IMG/VR virus record: IMGVR_UViG_3300021962_008382
Location: 1-64,000 of that record
DNA length: 64,000 nucleotides
Strand: one strand, 5' to 3'
Source: a virus
In this document: piece after piece, positions 8,471 through 18,589 of the stretch
Layout of the letters: each line of letters starts with the position of its first letter
Position numbering within the stretch: the first letter of the stretch is position 1
Made by a program: the position numbers and the translations under genes
The notes under the pieces: generated by a model
What the model saw: only the letters and a program-made list of their open reading frames with translations
Database searches by the model: none
What the model was told of the DNA's origin: nothing

Positions 8471-10388
8471 TTATAACTTCCTGCTCAGGGAAATACTTAA
8501 AGAAGATTATATTATCTGTCTTACGTTGTAGTACTTTATTTTTAATCTCTTTAAAGAAGTTCCACGCAAGAGGTACTACACAGACCGGTTCGCCTTCTTG
8601 GCTGATCATATCAGGAGAGTAAATCGGCACCTTATTACCCGGTGTATATAGACCTACCTTAAGAGGGTTGTCGTCTACGATATAATCCAGGAGAATACCG
8701 GAGTAGTTTAAGAATGTATTACCTTTAGCAGCTGCACCGTATCCAATTACCTTATAACCTTTACGTTTAAGATCTGAAATCGCGCGATATGTATCTTCAG
8801 CTACATTATTACATTTCATTGCATACTGCAGCATGTTTTTGTAAGTTATTCTCGGTCCTTCCTGTGCAATGAGTAAGTCCGAATTATCCTCACCTGTCTT
8901 TGATAGTACAAATACAAAGCTTGTACCATGAACAGGGGTTCTTTCAACCGCTCGTACAACTAAACCTGCTCTTTTAGCGAGCGCGCAGAACGACTCCACA
9001 CTAAAAAAAGAAATATGCTCGTGGTAGATAGTGTCAAACTGATTATTTTTTATCATATCAGCTTGGGATGTTTGTATAAACACATGACCATTGTCGTTTA
9101 GAATTTCTTTACAAAATTTTAAAAATTCTAATGGGTAGTCGTTATGTGCAAATACATTTTGAGCGGTAATAATATCGAACTTAGTATTAACGGTATCGAC
9201 ATAATCTCGGTCAAAATATCCTAACCATACGTTATGGTTTTTAGAACTAGTTGGAAAAAGGTTTTCTGCTGGATCTACTCCGTAAGTTGTATACCCCTTC
9301 TTCTTATAAGCATCCAGCTGAGTACCGTCGTTACAGGCGATATCAAGAACGGTTTTACTACCATCTCCGAACTGGGTCGTATAGTCTACAAACCAATCAA
9401 AATAATCTTTTAAGGTTTTAGTAGTACCGCTAACATAAAGGTAATCTTTAAAAAGAAGATCAGGATTAACTCTGTGTGTGAGCTGCACGTGGGTACATTT
9501 TTCACAGTAGTTAATTGCTAGAGGGTACTTGTATTCGAATTCTTCTTTTGTTTTTGTATAGCTGTTAGCAAGAGGTTGATCTTTTAGATCTAATATGACA
9601 TCTAACTGCTTATTACCGCAGCATAAACATTCAGTTATTTTTCGAAAATTATTGTAATCAGATGAAATAATATTTTCAATTTCTTCTTTAGACTTCATAT
9701 TCCAGCGGCGGTGGGATCCTGCAACGTAATGCATACCCATGACTCTTTCCCCATCTCGGAAGAAACATTTACCGTAGTCGGTTGCATCTGTCTTCCAGGT
9801 ATATGTCTTTATTTTATTTTCTAGGATATGTTTTCTAATTCTATAACCTACTTCTACGAAGCCGGTTGAACGATTTTGATTTACTTCCTCAGCAGTTATT
9901 ATCCATGATTGCGATTTAGCCAGGTTAACGTTGTAATATGCCCCGAAACAGCAAGGTATGTTTTTAAAGTTTGCTGGGTTTATATTTACCCAGTTCTTAG
10001 TATCTCTACCGTCGTTATACTCACAGCCAACTGCCAAATATCCTTGATCAAATTTTTCTCGTACATAGTCATGTATATTATTGTCTAAAAGAAAAAAATC
10101 GGAATCAATAATACTAACGATACCAGAATTAATATAAGACAGACCGATATTAATCGCATTACCGTGAGACACTCCATCATGAGCTGGATGGCTATCGATG
10201 GAAACCATAATATCAATAATAGGATCTGGTTCGAACGTTTTTTTATTTTCATTAAGAGTGTTATCAACAACTATTAGTCGATAGTCTTTATTAGGTAGTC
10301 TTCTCTTAAAATTTTTTATTTGAAGGTCTAAGAGGTCGTAATTGCCGAAGATTACGATGAGGTAGTTAATCATACTGGAAATACTCAT
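8463..10388 (-). CDS. Fusion: GT-A-like domain + NDP-sugar C-methyltransferase
   Basis: N-terminal LIVVDN...IIDSDFF; C-terminal Zn motif CLCCG...CEKC, DIACNDG, NVFAH, FDTIYHEH, GYGAAAKG. Confidence 0.88.
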   Translation of the reverse strand: MSISSMINYLIVIFGNYDLLDLQIKNFKRRLPNKDYRLIVVDNTLNENKKTFEPDPIIDIMVSIDSHPAHDGVSHGNAINIGLSYINSGIVSIIDSDFFLLDNNIHDYVREKFDQGYLAVGCEYNDGRDTKNWVNINPANFKNIPCCFGAYYNVNLAKSQSWIITAEEVNQNRSTGFVEVGYRIRKHILENKIKTYTWKTDATDYGKCFFRDGERVMGMHYVAGSHRRWNMKSKEEIENIISSDYNNFRKITECLCCGNKQLDVILDLKDQPLANSYTKTKEEFEYKYPLAINYCEKCTHVQLTHRVNPDLLFKDYLYVSGTTKTLKDYFDWFVDYTTQFGDGSKTVLDIACNDGTQLDAYKKKGYTTYGVDPAENLFPTSSKNHNVWLGYFDRDYVDTVNTKFDIITAQNVFAHNDYPLEFLKFCKEILNDNGHVFIQTSQADMIKNNQFDTIYHEHISFFSVESFCALAKRAGLVVRAVERTPVHGTSFVFVLSKTGEDNSDLLIAQEGPRITYKNMLQYAMKCNNVAEDTYRAISDLKRKGYKVIGYGAAAKGNTFLNYSGILLDYIVDDNPLKVGLYTPGNKVPIYSPDMISQEGEPVCVVPLAWNFFKEIKNKVLQRKTDNIIFFKYFPEQEVINA

Positions 10389-11286
10389 TACGAGAAACGA
10401 TCACAGGCGATTTTTTAGTGTAACATTCGATGACATCGTCTACTACGCTAGATAGTGTTTCTTTAAATGTATACCCGTAGCTATTTTGAAATTTACTAGA
10501 GTCGGTGGCGAAGTTATAAATTCCTTGAGTATTACCTTTGTCGGTTATAGGTACACCCGTCTTTTCGCTTACTACCTTAGATATTTCACCTACTGTTGAA
10601 TTAAAAGATACAAGATTGTAAATATCAGAAACACCGGGATTAACAAGAATAATATACACTGCTCTTACTAGATCTTTAATTGATAAAATAGGTCTATTAA
10701 TATGGCTATTAGTTACATTAATTAGATTTTGATATAGAGCTGTATACACCATGCAGTTTATCATAAGATCTCTGCGAATTACAGGTGATCCTCCGTTAAC
10801 GGTCCCGAATCTAAGACCTACTATCTTTCTACCTGACCCGGGTTTTTTATACGCATTAGCTACGAAGTCTAGAGTGAGTTTTGTAAGATCATAGTTGTTT
10901 ATGTATTCTAAGCAAATATCTTCTTCTGTAAATACTTTATTATTTCGATTACCATAAACTGAAGAACTACTAGCATAGATTATTTTCTGAGAGGGGGTCG
11001 TCTTTTCAATGAGATTGTGGAAATTACGCACATTATTCTTCCACGGTGATGATAACGGCCCGTCACACATTTGAACGCTAGAATGACCAGCAAGTAAAAC
11101 AATATTATTGAATTCTCTTAGAAAAGATTCTGAAAGATTATTATAATCGCAACCTCTATTACCAAAATTAATAACCTCTAATGGTATTTTATTTGCCCCG
11201 TCAATGTCAGTTGATGATTGTAAGTATGGTACTAAGTGCGACCCTATGTATCCATTACCCCCTAAAATAAGTGTTCTTGATCTCAT
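10366..11286 (-). CDS. NAD-dependent epimerase/dehydratase (extended SDR)
   Basis: GGNGYIG, YASSSSVYG, YxxxK (YDLTK). Confidence 0.9.
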   Translation of the reverse strand: MRSRTLILGGNGYIGSHLVPYLQSSTDIDGANKIPLEVINFGNRGCDYNNLSESFLREFNNIVLLAGHSSVQMCDGPLSSPWKNNVRNFHNLIEKTTPSQKIIYASSSSVYGNRNNKVFTEEDICLEYINNYDLTKLTLDFVANAYKKPGSGRKIVGLRFGTVNGGSPVIRRDLMINCMVYTALYQNLINVTNSHINRPILSIKDLVRAVYIILVNPGVSDIYNLVSFNSTVGEISKVVSEKTGVPITDKGNTQGIYNFATDSSKFQNSYGYTFKETLSSVVDDVIECYTKKSPVIVSRNEYFQYD

Positions 11287-12116
11287 TCATTCACCATGTA
11301 CATATACTCTTCTAGATTACCTGTTGATTTCTTATCTGTAGAAGTAATAGGTATATACTTTTCGTTTTTTGTTATAGTTCTGTAATCAATGCTGAATCGA
11401 ACTAAGTTAGTAGTATTATTGTGCGACCCATGAACATGGTGAGCAGAAAAGACCGTCTCTGTACCTCTAGGATGAATTATTAAAAACTTATGCTCGTCTA
11501 ACACATCATCATAAGGTACAGGGTGAGGTCTATCTTCTTTGGTTACGTTTTCCCTCGCGATATTTCTATATTTTTGATCCCATGTATCTAAATCAAAGAC
11601 TTCAGAGTTATTTTCAATTTTAAGGTTAAAATACGCAGGTGCAATATAGAAAGTAGATTCAGGAGTAACGTTAGAAAGAGTCATCCAATGATTAACCTGT
11701 CTTTCAGTACCCCCATACCAAGTGTCTCGGTGTGGTTTATAATTATAAGAGATTCCTGAAGAAAGAAAAGATGAATTCGGTATAATACGAAGTCTCGGCT
11801 TATCAAACAACATTAATTCTACATCTTCAGTATTATAGCGATCTCGTATAAGTTGACGGGTAAGTTCCTTTGTTAGATCGCTTTCCGTAAACCGGGATTT
11901 AACCCAGGTACTTTTCTTTACAAAAAGATCTATATTTTCTTCATATGGTTTATGAGATATATTTTCGATCTTTTCTTCAAAGACTCCCTCTATTAAATCT
12001 TTTGCATATTCACAAAGAAGAAGACTAGCTTTATTTGCTGGGAGTGTTGCAATACTCCCGTTTAATATTTCTTGAATATTAACTTTGTTATCTAATCTAA
12101 ACGTTTTTGTTTTCAA
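11283..12116 (-). CDS. Putative 2OG-Fe(II) oxygenase (PhyH-like)
   Basis: HxD (PHRDTW), distal H (HVHGS), RFSIDYR. Confidence 0.65.
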   Translation of the reverse strand: MKTKTFRLDNKVNIQEILNGSIATLPANKASLLLCEYAKDLIEGVFEEKIENISHKPYEENIDLFVKKSTWVKSRFTESDLTKELTRQLIRDRYNTEDVELMLFDKPRLRIIPNSSFLSSGISYNYKPHRDTWYGGTERQVNHWMTLSNVTPESTFYIAPAYFNLKIENNSEVFDLDTWDQKYRNIARENVTKEDRPHPVPYDDVLDEHKFLIIHPRGTETVFSAHHVHGSHNNTTNLVRFSIDYRTITKNEKYIPITSTDKKSTGNLEEYMYMVNE

Positions 12117-13216
12117 GCTAAAGCCTCATATCGAAAATTGTTAAGTAATTTTATGATCTTATACTTATCTTTTTCTGTTAGCCAGCAACCTACTGGTATA
12201 CAGATTTGTGTTTCCGAAAATTTATCGACACCTGGTCTTTCATCACCACCATAATGAATAGTTGTATCGTACATATCGTTACGATAGTGAACCGGGCTTG
12301 TGGCTACATCATTTTTATGCATGTAGTCTGTAAATACCTGGCGCATACCTTTCTCAACATGCATACTGAATAACCAATAAGAGCAAGTATTATCCCATGT
12401 AGGTAGAGTTAAGCGGGGATTGTCTATATTTTCGATATACTTTTTTGCATTATTACGGTTGGCTACAACCGACTTAAAAGATAAGGGTAGATTAGCGATA
12501 CCTATAGCGGCATTAATATCATTCATGTGGTATTTAAAACCAACATTAGTAATATTTTGCGTGCATCTAAACGATTGATTTTTTGTTCTATCTAACCCAT
12601 ACCAACGTAAAGTTTTAGCTAGTTGAGTAGTTTCTTCATCCGGGGCAATCAAGATACCTCCGTCCCCACATGTCAAGAACTTGATAGCCTGAAAGCTATA
12701 GCAGATATAATCTCCTCGTTCAGGTTTATTTTCCGCAGATAGAAATACATCCCAGGTATGTGCTGCGTCTTCTATTACCGGTATATTAAACGACTTAAGC
12801 TGTTTATAATCGCAGAATTTACCTGCCCAGTTAACGGCTATAATAGCTTTCGTTCTTGGGGTGATAAGTTTTTTTACGGATTCTGGTTTAATTAGCCCTG
12901 TGATCGGATCAATATCAGCCCACTTTATAATAGCGTGACGATGAATAATATGTACGTTAGACGCAAAACATGTTTGAGGGGTAGTTATTATCTCATCACC
13001 AGGTTTAACACCAATAAGCTCTAGTGCAAGATCAATAGCTGAAGTACAACTATTTACTGTCACCGGTGAAGTTTTAGTACCGAGAAAACTTGAACTTTGA
13101 AGCATGTCTTCAAATTCATCTACCTTACTTCCTTGGCCAATATAACCTGAATTAAGTACAGCTGAGACGCTTGCTGCAGCTGTATCTGACATCACAACTT
13201 TAAATAAAGGTATCAT
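12113..13216 (-). CDS. DegT/DnrJ/EryC1/StrS PLP-dependent sugar aminotransferase
   Basis: NSCTSA, VIEDAAH, SFQAIKFLTCGDGG. Confidence 0.93.
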   Translation of the reverse strand: MIPLFKVVMSDTAAASVSAVLNSGYIGQGSKVDEFEDMLQSSSFLGTKTSPVTVNSCTSAIDLALELIGVKPGDEIITTPQTCFASNVHIIHRHAIIKWADIDPITGLIKPESVKKLITPRTKAIIAVNWAGKFCDYKQLKSFNIPVIEDAAHTWDVFLSAENKPERGDYICYSFQAIKFLTCGDGGILIAPDEETTQLAKTLRWYGLDRTKNQSFRCTQNITNVGFKYHMNDINAAIGIANLPLSFKSVVANRNNAKKYIENIDNPRLTLPTWDNTCSYWLFSMHVEKGMRQVFTDYMHKNDVATSPVHYRNDMYDTTIHYGGDERPGVDKFSETQICIPVGCWLTEKDKYKIIKLLNNFRYEALA

Positions 13217-13893
13217 ACTCTTATTTTATCTAGTTTACCGAATATTTTTTCGTGATAACTTCTTTTTACAAACATAATATCTATCTGAAGTAGTACATTT
13301 TCAGAGCGATGTATTTCAAATACATCTACAGGAATAAAATCTTTTGATCCCATGTGTGCAATATATTCCCCGATTCTAGGTGCACCGCTATTGTAGTTAA
13401 TAATAGGGCATTCCATGTAGACCAGACTAGCATTATTTAGCGCTTTCTCCCCACCTAAGAAAATATCCAGTTCAGAACCCTGAGTATCAATTTTTATGAA
13501 ATCAGGCAAAGGTAGATTGTGTTGATTGATTATACTGTCGAGTGTTGTACAAGGCAACCTAGTTGGGATACTATTATCGTAATGAGCGGTAGTTTCTTTA
13601 TAATAGGAATCCCCAGTATCACCACTCTGATAGAAGTCTACAAATTTAGTATTTGGACTACTCAGCACACCGATGTTGTAAAAGAATGAAAGCTGATTAT
13701 TAAGTTGCTTAATATGCGGTTCATATTGTGGATTGGCTTCAAAAAGAAAAAAATCACTATCAAAAAGAACACTAGACTTCATTTGAGAAGTCCAAATACC
13801 TCTACATGCACCTACATCATAAACAGTCTTTAGACTGCCGCCATTTGCTTTTATTTGTCTTATGAAGTTTGTTAAATTAGATACCTGAGTCAT
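13213..13893 (-). CDS. FkbM-family methyltransferase
   Basis: YDVGAC.G, FEAN, TLDS, FIKIDTQGSEL; start placed at MTQV. Confidence 0.9.
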   Translation of the reverse strand: MTQVSNLTNFIRQIKANGGSLKTVYDVGACRGIWTSQMKSSVLFDSDFFLFEANPQYEPHIKQLNNQLSFFYNIGVLSSPNTKFVDFYQSGDTGDSYYKETTAHYDNSIPTRLPCTTLDSIINQHNLPLPDFIKIDTQGSELDIFLGGEKALNNASLVYMECPIINYNSGAPRIGEYIAHMGSKDFIPVDVFEIHRSENVLLQIDIMFVKRSYHEKIFGKLDKIRV

Positions 13894-14335
13894 ATTTGTA
13901 TTCCATAGTATAGATTTTTTCGTTCTCACCGATGATACTAAAACCTAACTTTTCATATACCTTGAAAGCTCTTAAGTTTGTCTTCAATACTTCTAGTCTA
14001 ATGGGTTGCTGTTTGTTGCAGTTATCTACCAAGAACTTAAAGAGCGTTTGACCGAGGCCCTTGTCGCGATATTCCGGAATTAACCCTCCTGTAAGTAAAT
14101 ACTGACTTGGTTCAAGGTGAATAACCCCAAATCCAGCATCTACAGCAACCGCCCCGTACTCAATACTATACGCAATATACAACTCGTATTTCTTATAAGC
14201 AGTCTTAAACCATTCTCGCTGCTGCTCAGGAGTAATTTCATCGGTACTCCTCGTCATAAAAGAGGAGCATTTATTTCGAATTGTACGAAGAATCTCAGCT
14301 TCTGCTTCCGTAGTTACTCTCTTAAACACTAGCAT
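13877..14335 (-). CDS. GNAT acetyltransferase (PseH-like)
   Basis: PEYRDKGLG, LEVLKTNLRA..VYEKLGF. Confidence 0.88.
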   Translation of the reverse strand: MLVFKRVTTEAEAEILRTIRNKCSSFMTRSTDEITPEQQREWFKTAYKKYELYIAYSIEYGAVAVDAGFGVIHLEPSQYLLTGGLIPEYRDKGLGQTLFKFLVDNCNKQQPIRLEVLKTNLRAFKVYEKLGFSIIGENEKIYTMEYKYDSGI

Positions 14336-15279
14336 AAAAATACCTCGTCAAATTTCTTCATAACATCTTTAGGGTTAAATTCTTTTACACGTTGCGTCCA
14401 ATCTTCTTTAATATCTTTAACGTTGTGGAGTAGATAGTTAAGATCGTCTTCGTTGTTGTAGAGGGTATTAGACCCCTTTAGCATTTCTAAATGATTTTTG
14501 TCATGCCCTCCGTTCCATGCAATAACGGGCTTATTGAAATGTAGAAACTCTGCGATCGACAAACCAAATGACTCGCCGCGACCTCTTGCGTGAAGCATAG
14601 CATCACACATATGGATAAAGTTAGACTTTTTCACCGGGGAATGGGTTTCATTGAAGTACATTACATTATCATGTTGTACGAAAGGTTCAGTATTTAAGAA
14701 TGCAAAAACAAACTTATCTGTATCTAGTAATTTTTTAATCGTTTCCTTCACACCTGGAATGTCGAACGTATAGTATCCCCCCATTCTACCAATGACTGTT
14801 TGATCCGGTCTTATCATGAAAAATTCTCTTAGATCGGTATCACCCGGGGGTGGTAGATTTACTATATGAGGTACATAAGGAGTTTGCCCCTGCGACATCT
14901 CATCAGATAACCATTTCGAAATGTATGCATACTTATCGCCATGAGGTTGATTATACTGAAACACAGCATGAACAGCGGTCTTACAATTGGTAGGCAAGGG
15001 CTTTCGCTCACCTGAATCAATAAAGTAAGCCAGATCGACTTTTTCTTGGTCGATTTTCTTTTCTAGATCACCGGCCCTATATCCTACTACTTTAAATTTT
15101 TTTTCTAATTCATCTATTACTGCCTGCTCATTACCCATGTCTTTTTCTGGACCATAAGTCTTGCAGTAGGTAATTACTGACTCATTACCAAGTATTTCCT
15201 GGTTGTAGTGCGCATAGTCTGCAATCGCAACAGATGTGCCTCTGTAGTTGAGCGTATTAGCATGAAACAAAATTTTCAC
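14329..15279 (-). CDS. GT-B (GT4-like) glycosyltransferase
   Basis: CDAMLHAR.RGESFGLSIAEF...KPVI motif. Confidence 0.85.
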   Translation of the reverse strand: MKILFHANTLNYRGTSVAIADYAHYNQEILGNESVITYCKTYGPEKDMGNEQAVIDELEKKFKVVGYRAGDLEKKIDQEKVDLAYFIDSGERKPLPTNCKTAVHAVFQYNQPHGDKYAYISKWLSDEMSQGQTPYVPHIVNLPPPGDTDLREFFMIRPDQTVIGRMGGYYTFDIPGVKETIKKLLDTDKFVFAFLNTEPFVQHDNVMYFNETHSPVKKSNFIHMCDAMLHARGRGESFGLSIAEFLHFNKPVIAWNGGHDKNHLEMLKGSNTLYNNEDDLNYLLHNVKDIKEDWTQRVKEFNPKDVMKKFDEVFLC

Positions 15280-15956
15280 GGGACGACTTTTCCTCTATAA
15301 TCTAGTGTCTTCGAATTAAAGTGGGTTGTATTATCAAATCTACCTTTTACTATTTCTTCACATCTTTCTGCAAACAGCTGCATGTTATTACCCATTCTAC
15401 CTTGATAGAGATGGTAGACTGTGTTTTCAAAAGTTGTACCTACCCCATAATAACCATAATTACCTAACGGCCAAACTCCTTCTACTGGTTCACGTTCGAA
15501 TGTAGTTGGATACAAACAGCGATACCGAATATTAAGTTCTTCTGCTCTATAGGTAACTTCTTCGGCTACGTCGCCGCGATTGCTTTCAGCAAATGATGTA
15601 TGCAGTTGTTGCCAACAGCTTTTCGTCATTACATAAAAAGCTGGTGCTGCATATATGTGTGTCTTAGGGGGTATGTGATTAGATACTTGAGTTATACCTA
15701 GAAAGGTCTTCGTTCTTTGTACATGCTTGATGCATTCAAGCATTTTAATCTTATCAATCGGTACACAGTCAGCATCAAAGAATACGACAATATCGGATGT
15801 AGAGTTGGCCATGACTCTATCCATCCATTGACCGTGAGGGGTATATTCTTCGTAATAATTTACAGGTATCTCGAAGTGATCGGTTACCCGTTTATGTGCT
15901 TTAATTTGAAGGGGGTCTGAGTTAGGCCAGTATAAGCAATTAAACTCAACTTTCAT
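15276..15956 (-). CDS. Putative glycosyltransferase-like protein
   Basis: VVFFDADCVP DxD motif; first gene of the sugar cluster; start placed at MKVEF. Confidence 0.6.
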   Translation of the reverse strand: MKVEFNCLYWPNSDPLQIKAHKRVTDHFEIPVNYYEEYTPHGQWMDRVMANSTSDIVVFFDADCVPIDKIKMLECIKHVQRTKTFLGITQVSNHIPPKTHIYAAPAFYVMTKSCWQQLHTSFAESNRGDVAEEVTYRAEELNIRYRCLYPTTFEREPVEGVWPLGNYGYYGVGTTFENTVYHLYQGRMGNNMQLFAERCEEIVKGRFDNTTHFNSKTLDYRGKVVP

Positions 15957-15986
15957 AGTATAGTCATCCTGTAAAAGACACCACAC

Positions 15987-16015
15987 ATTATATAGGAGTT
16001 AAAACAGGAGTGCAA
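15987..16015 (-). promoter_or_regulatory. sigma70-type promoter for the sugar cluster
   Basis: TTGCAC-17 bp-TATAAT. Confidence 0.7.
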
Positions 16016-16034
16016 TAGCTACACCCCTGTTTTT
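16001..16034 (-). terminator. Terminator after the TonB-dependent receptor
   Basis: AAAACAGGGGTG..CACTCCTGTTTT stem followed by Ts. Confidence 0.7.
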
Positions 16035-16041
16035 GGTTAAG

Positions 16042-18255
16042 TTAAATTGAATACTTTACCGATATTCCAAACGTTCTTGGTGCGTTGAAGTTACCATAAG
16101 TACCTAATACTGCGTCGTTAGACGGATCTCTTCTAAACACAAAGTGACCATCAAGAAGATTCCTCGCCCAGACTTGGAAAGATACTCCGGGTAAGTTATT
16201 TATTTCAGTAATATCAATACTACTGTTAACTATAAAAGAACCATCGTTGAAAATTTCAAATTCTGAAAATGGGTGAGACGGGTCTGATCTATTAGCGTCA
16301 ATATGAGTTTCCATTAAAAAAGATTTAAATTTTTTAGAATGGTCAAGACTTAAGTTCCAAACATTCTTAGGAGTGAAGACAATAAACACCGGCTGAATAA
16401 GGTTTTTGAAAGGGTTAATTGTAGGAGGTACGTAAGTGTCAGTATAAGTATACGCTAAAGTAACATCTAAATTATCTGTAACTAAAATAGTACCATCCAC
16501 TTCCAAACCTTCGATCTGAGTAACCCCCGGGGCGTTCATTGTTTCAAGAGTGTGTCTTGATGACCTAGAAACAGGATCATATATTACCTGGCTAAAATCT
16601 ATCTGGCTGCCAGTTCTCTCCATAGTGTAGGCAGCAACGTTTATTCTTGCAATACCTGCTTGTGCTTTAACACCCAGTTCATAAGAGATATTATCTTCCG
16701 GCCCGAAGGATCTAAAGGTGGCTGATCTTGAGCTTGCTCCCCCTGATCTATAGCCTGTAGCGTATTTTATATACACATTTACGTTATCAAATGCATCATA
16801 TGCAGCGATAGCCAGCGGATTAAATCTAGACGATTCTTCGATAAAGGTATAGGGGGAAGGAACATTTCTAAGTAAGTAGAGTGAACCATCTTTTTTGTCT
16901 TGAGTATATCTGCCCCCTAATGTAAGATGGAGTTTTTCTAGAAAACTAGGGGTATATGTAGCTTGTGAGAAAACCGCTCTACTTTCTGCAGTAGCCTCGC
17001 TACCTCTATCGATGAATCTTCTACCTGGTAAAGTAGGAGTAAGATCATTAATAGTATAATCTGTTAGTGTTGAGTTCCAGGTATTTGTAGAAGGGGTCGC
17101 CGCTTCTTCATAAGCATCTTCTATAAAATAGTATATTCCTGCAACATAATCAATGCTATCTGTACTACCTATAAGCTGAAATTCTTGACTAAACTGGGTC
17201 TGATGTAATTCCGAAATACTGTATCTACTAAACACGCTATTTGGCTTAGCTACTGGTATACGATGGGCTCCCCCAGCATTATCCCACTGAGTTGAGTCAA
17301 CATATCTTTTCGATGTAATAGATTTTATCTCTATGTTATCTGTAGCGTTCCAAGAAGCGGTGAGACTTGTTCCTCCTACATCTGCTACGCTGGGTTGTTG
17401 TGGTACACCAATATCTGCTACTTTCATAATGCTGGTACCATTCACAACTACCTGTGGAGGTAAGGGGGTAATTGTAGATACATTTAAAGGGTTAAAATTA
17501 AGAAGTTGGCTGTAGAAAGGGCTGCTTGCATCTTTACTGACATCATAAGAAAAATCAAGTGTTAGATTATCTGTTTCTAACCTATTAGAAAGCTTGAAAC
17601 CGGTTCTTTCAAAAAAGTTCCAACCTGTTTGACCTGCTAGGGGATTTCTTGTTGTAGGGTCTTGATACTGAGATAATGCATCTATCTTAGTACTAATGTT
17701 AAAAACCTCGGGTAAGTTTAAATGAAAATCAACATTATTACTATTATAGTTACCAACACCCGCATTGAATCTAAAATCGAATTCACCGATAGGTTTTTTT
17801 GTAACCATACTAAGAGCACCGCCTTCAGTATTGCGGCCAAATAAAGTACCCTGTGGACCTTTCAATACTTCTATGCGCTCTAAGTCTAATAATGCTGCAT
17901 TGAGACCATGTTGACGACCGAGATAAACACCGTCAATGTATATCCCTACCCCCTGTTCTCTAGCTGGTTGATTAGCATCAAGAGGCACAATACCACGAAT
18001 ACCTACTGTTACTGCAGATTGTCTAGACTCAAAAGGAGCTATATTAAGACCGGGGACAGACCCATCTGCAAGATCCATTAAACTCTGTACGTGCTTTTTT
18101 TCTATATTCTCAGAACTAAGAACTGACATTGATATAGGTGTATCAATGAGGTTAGTTTCTCTTTTTGTAGCGGTTACAATTATTTCTTCGAAGGCAGGTT
18201 GAGCGTAAAGAGGAGAAGAAAATAATAAGAAAAAAGAAAGATATTTTCGTAACAT
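16042..18255 (-). CDS. TonB-dependent outer-membrane receptor
   Basis: Signal peptide, TonB box EEIIVTA, plug motif IEVLKGPQGTLFGRNTEGGA, C-terminal APRTFGISVKY. Confidence 0.95.
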   Translation of the reverse strand: MLRKYLSFFLLFSSPLYAQPAFEEIIVTATKRETNLIDTPISMSVLSSENIEKKHVQSLMDLADGSVPGLNIAPFESRQSAVTVGIRGIVPLDANQPAREQGVGIYIDGVYLGRQHGLNAALLDLERIEVLKGPQGTLFGRNTEGGALSMVTKKPIGEFDFRFNAGVGNYNSNNVDFHLNLPEVFNISTKIDALSQYQDPTTRNPLAGQTGWNFFERTGFKLSNRLETDNLTLDFSYDVSKDASSPFYSQLLNFNPLNVSTITPLPPQVVVNGTSIMKVADIGVPQQPSVADVGGTSLTASWNATDNIEIKSITSKRYVDSTQWDNAGGAHRIPVAKPNSVFSRYSISELHQTQFSQEFQLIGSTDSIDYVAGIYYFIEDAYEEAATPSTNTWNSTLTDYTINDLTPTLPGRRFIDRGSEATAESRAVFSQATYTPSFLEKLHLTLGGRYTQDKKDGSLYLLRNVPSPYTFIEESSRFNPLAIAAYDAFDNVNVYIKYATGYRSGGASSRSATFRSFGPEDNISYELGVKAQAGIARINVAAYTMERTGSQIDFSQVIYDPVSRSSRHTLETMNAPGVTQIEGLEVDGTILVTDNLDVTLAYTYTDTYVPPTINPFKNLIQPVFIVFTPKNVWNLSLDHSKKFKSFLMETHIDANRSDPSHPFSEFEIFNDGSFIVNSSIDITEINNLPGVSFQVWARNLLDGHFVFRRDPSNDAVLGTYGNFNAPRTFGISVKYSI

Positions 18256-18326
18256 ATAAAGCTCCTTTAAATGTCGCTTTATATATTTTTTATATGTTAA
18301 AGAAGGGTTTAAGAAGAAATTAATTG

Positions 18327-18551
18327 TTAATTAATTGTTGTTCGAATACGAACTATGCCTTTATACAATATAGGTACGTACCACCAAGATCTTTTTCTTT
18401 GATCAGTTATAGTATACTCCCATGTTATATTTGTTGCCGGGTCGGTCCAAGAGGTATGAAAACCGAACCACGTCTTGGCTTTATGCCAATTAATAGTTCC
18501 CCCATGTTTAATTTTTTGATGAATAGCCCAGATAAGACAGTTACTATACAT
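18327..18551 (-). CDS. Hypothetical protein
   Basis: 74-aa ORF co-oriented between DUF1552 and the receptor. Confidence 0.55.
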   Translation of the reverse strand: MYSNCLIWAIHQKIKHGGTINWHKAKTWFGFHTSWTDPATNITWEYTITDQRKRSWWYVPILYKGIVRIRTTIN

Positions 18552-18589
18552 AACTGTATATATGGATAGAATTCTTAACGTTTTCTTAA

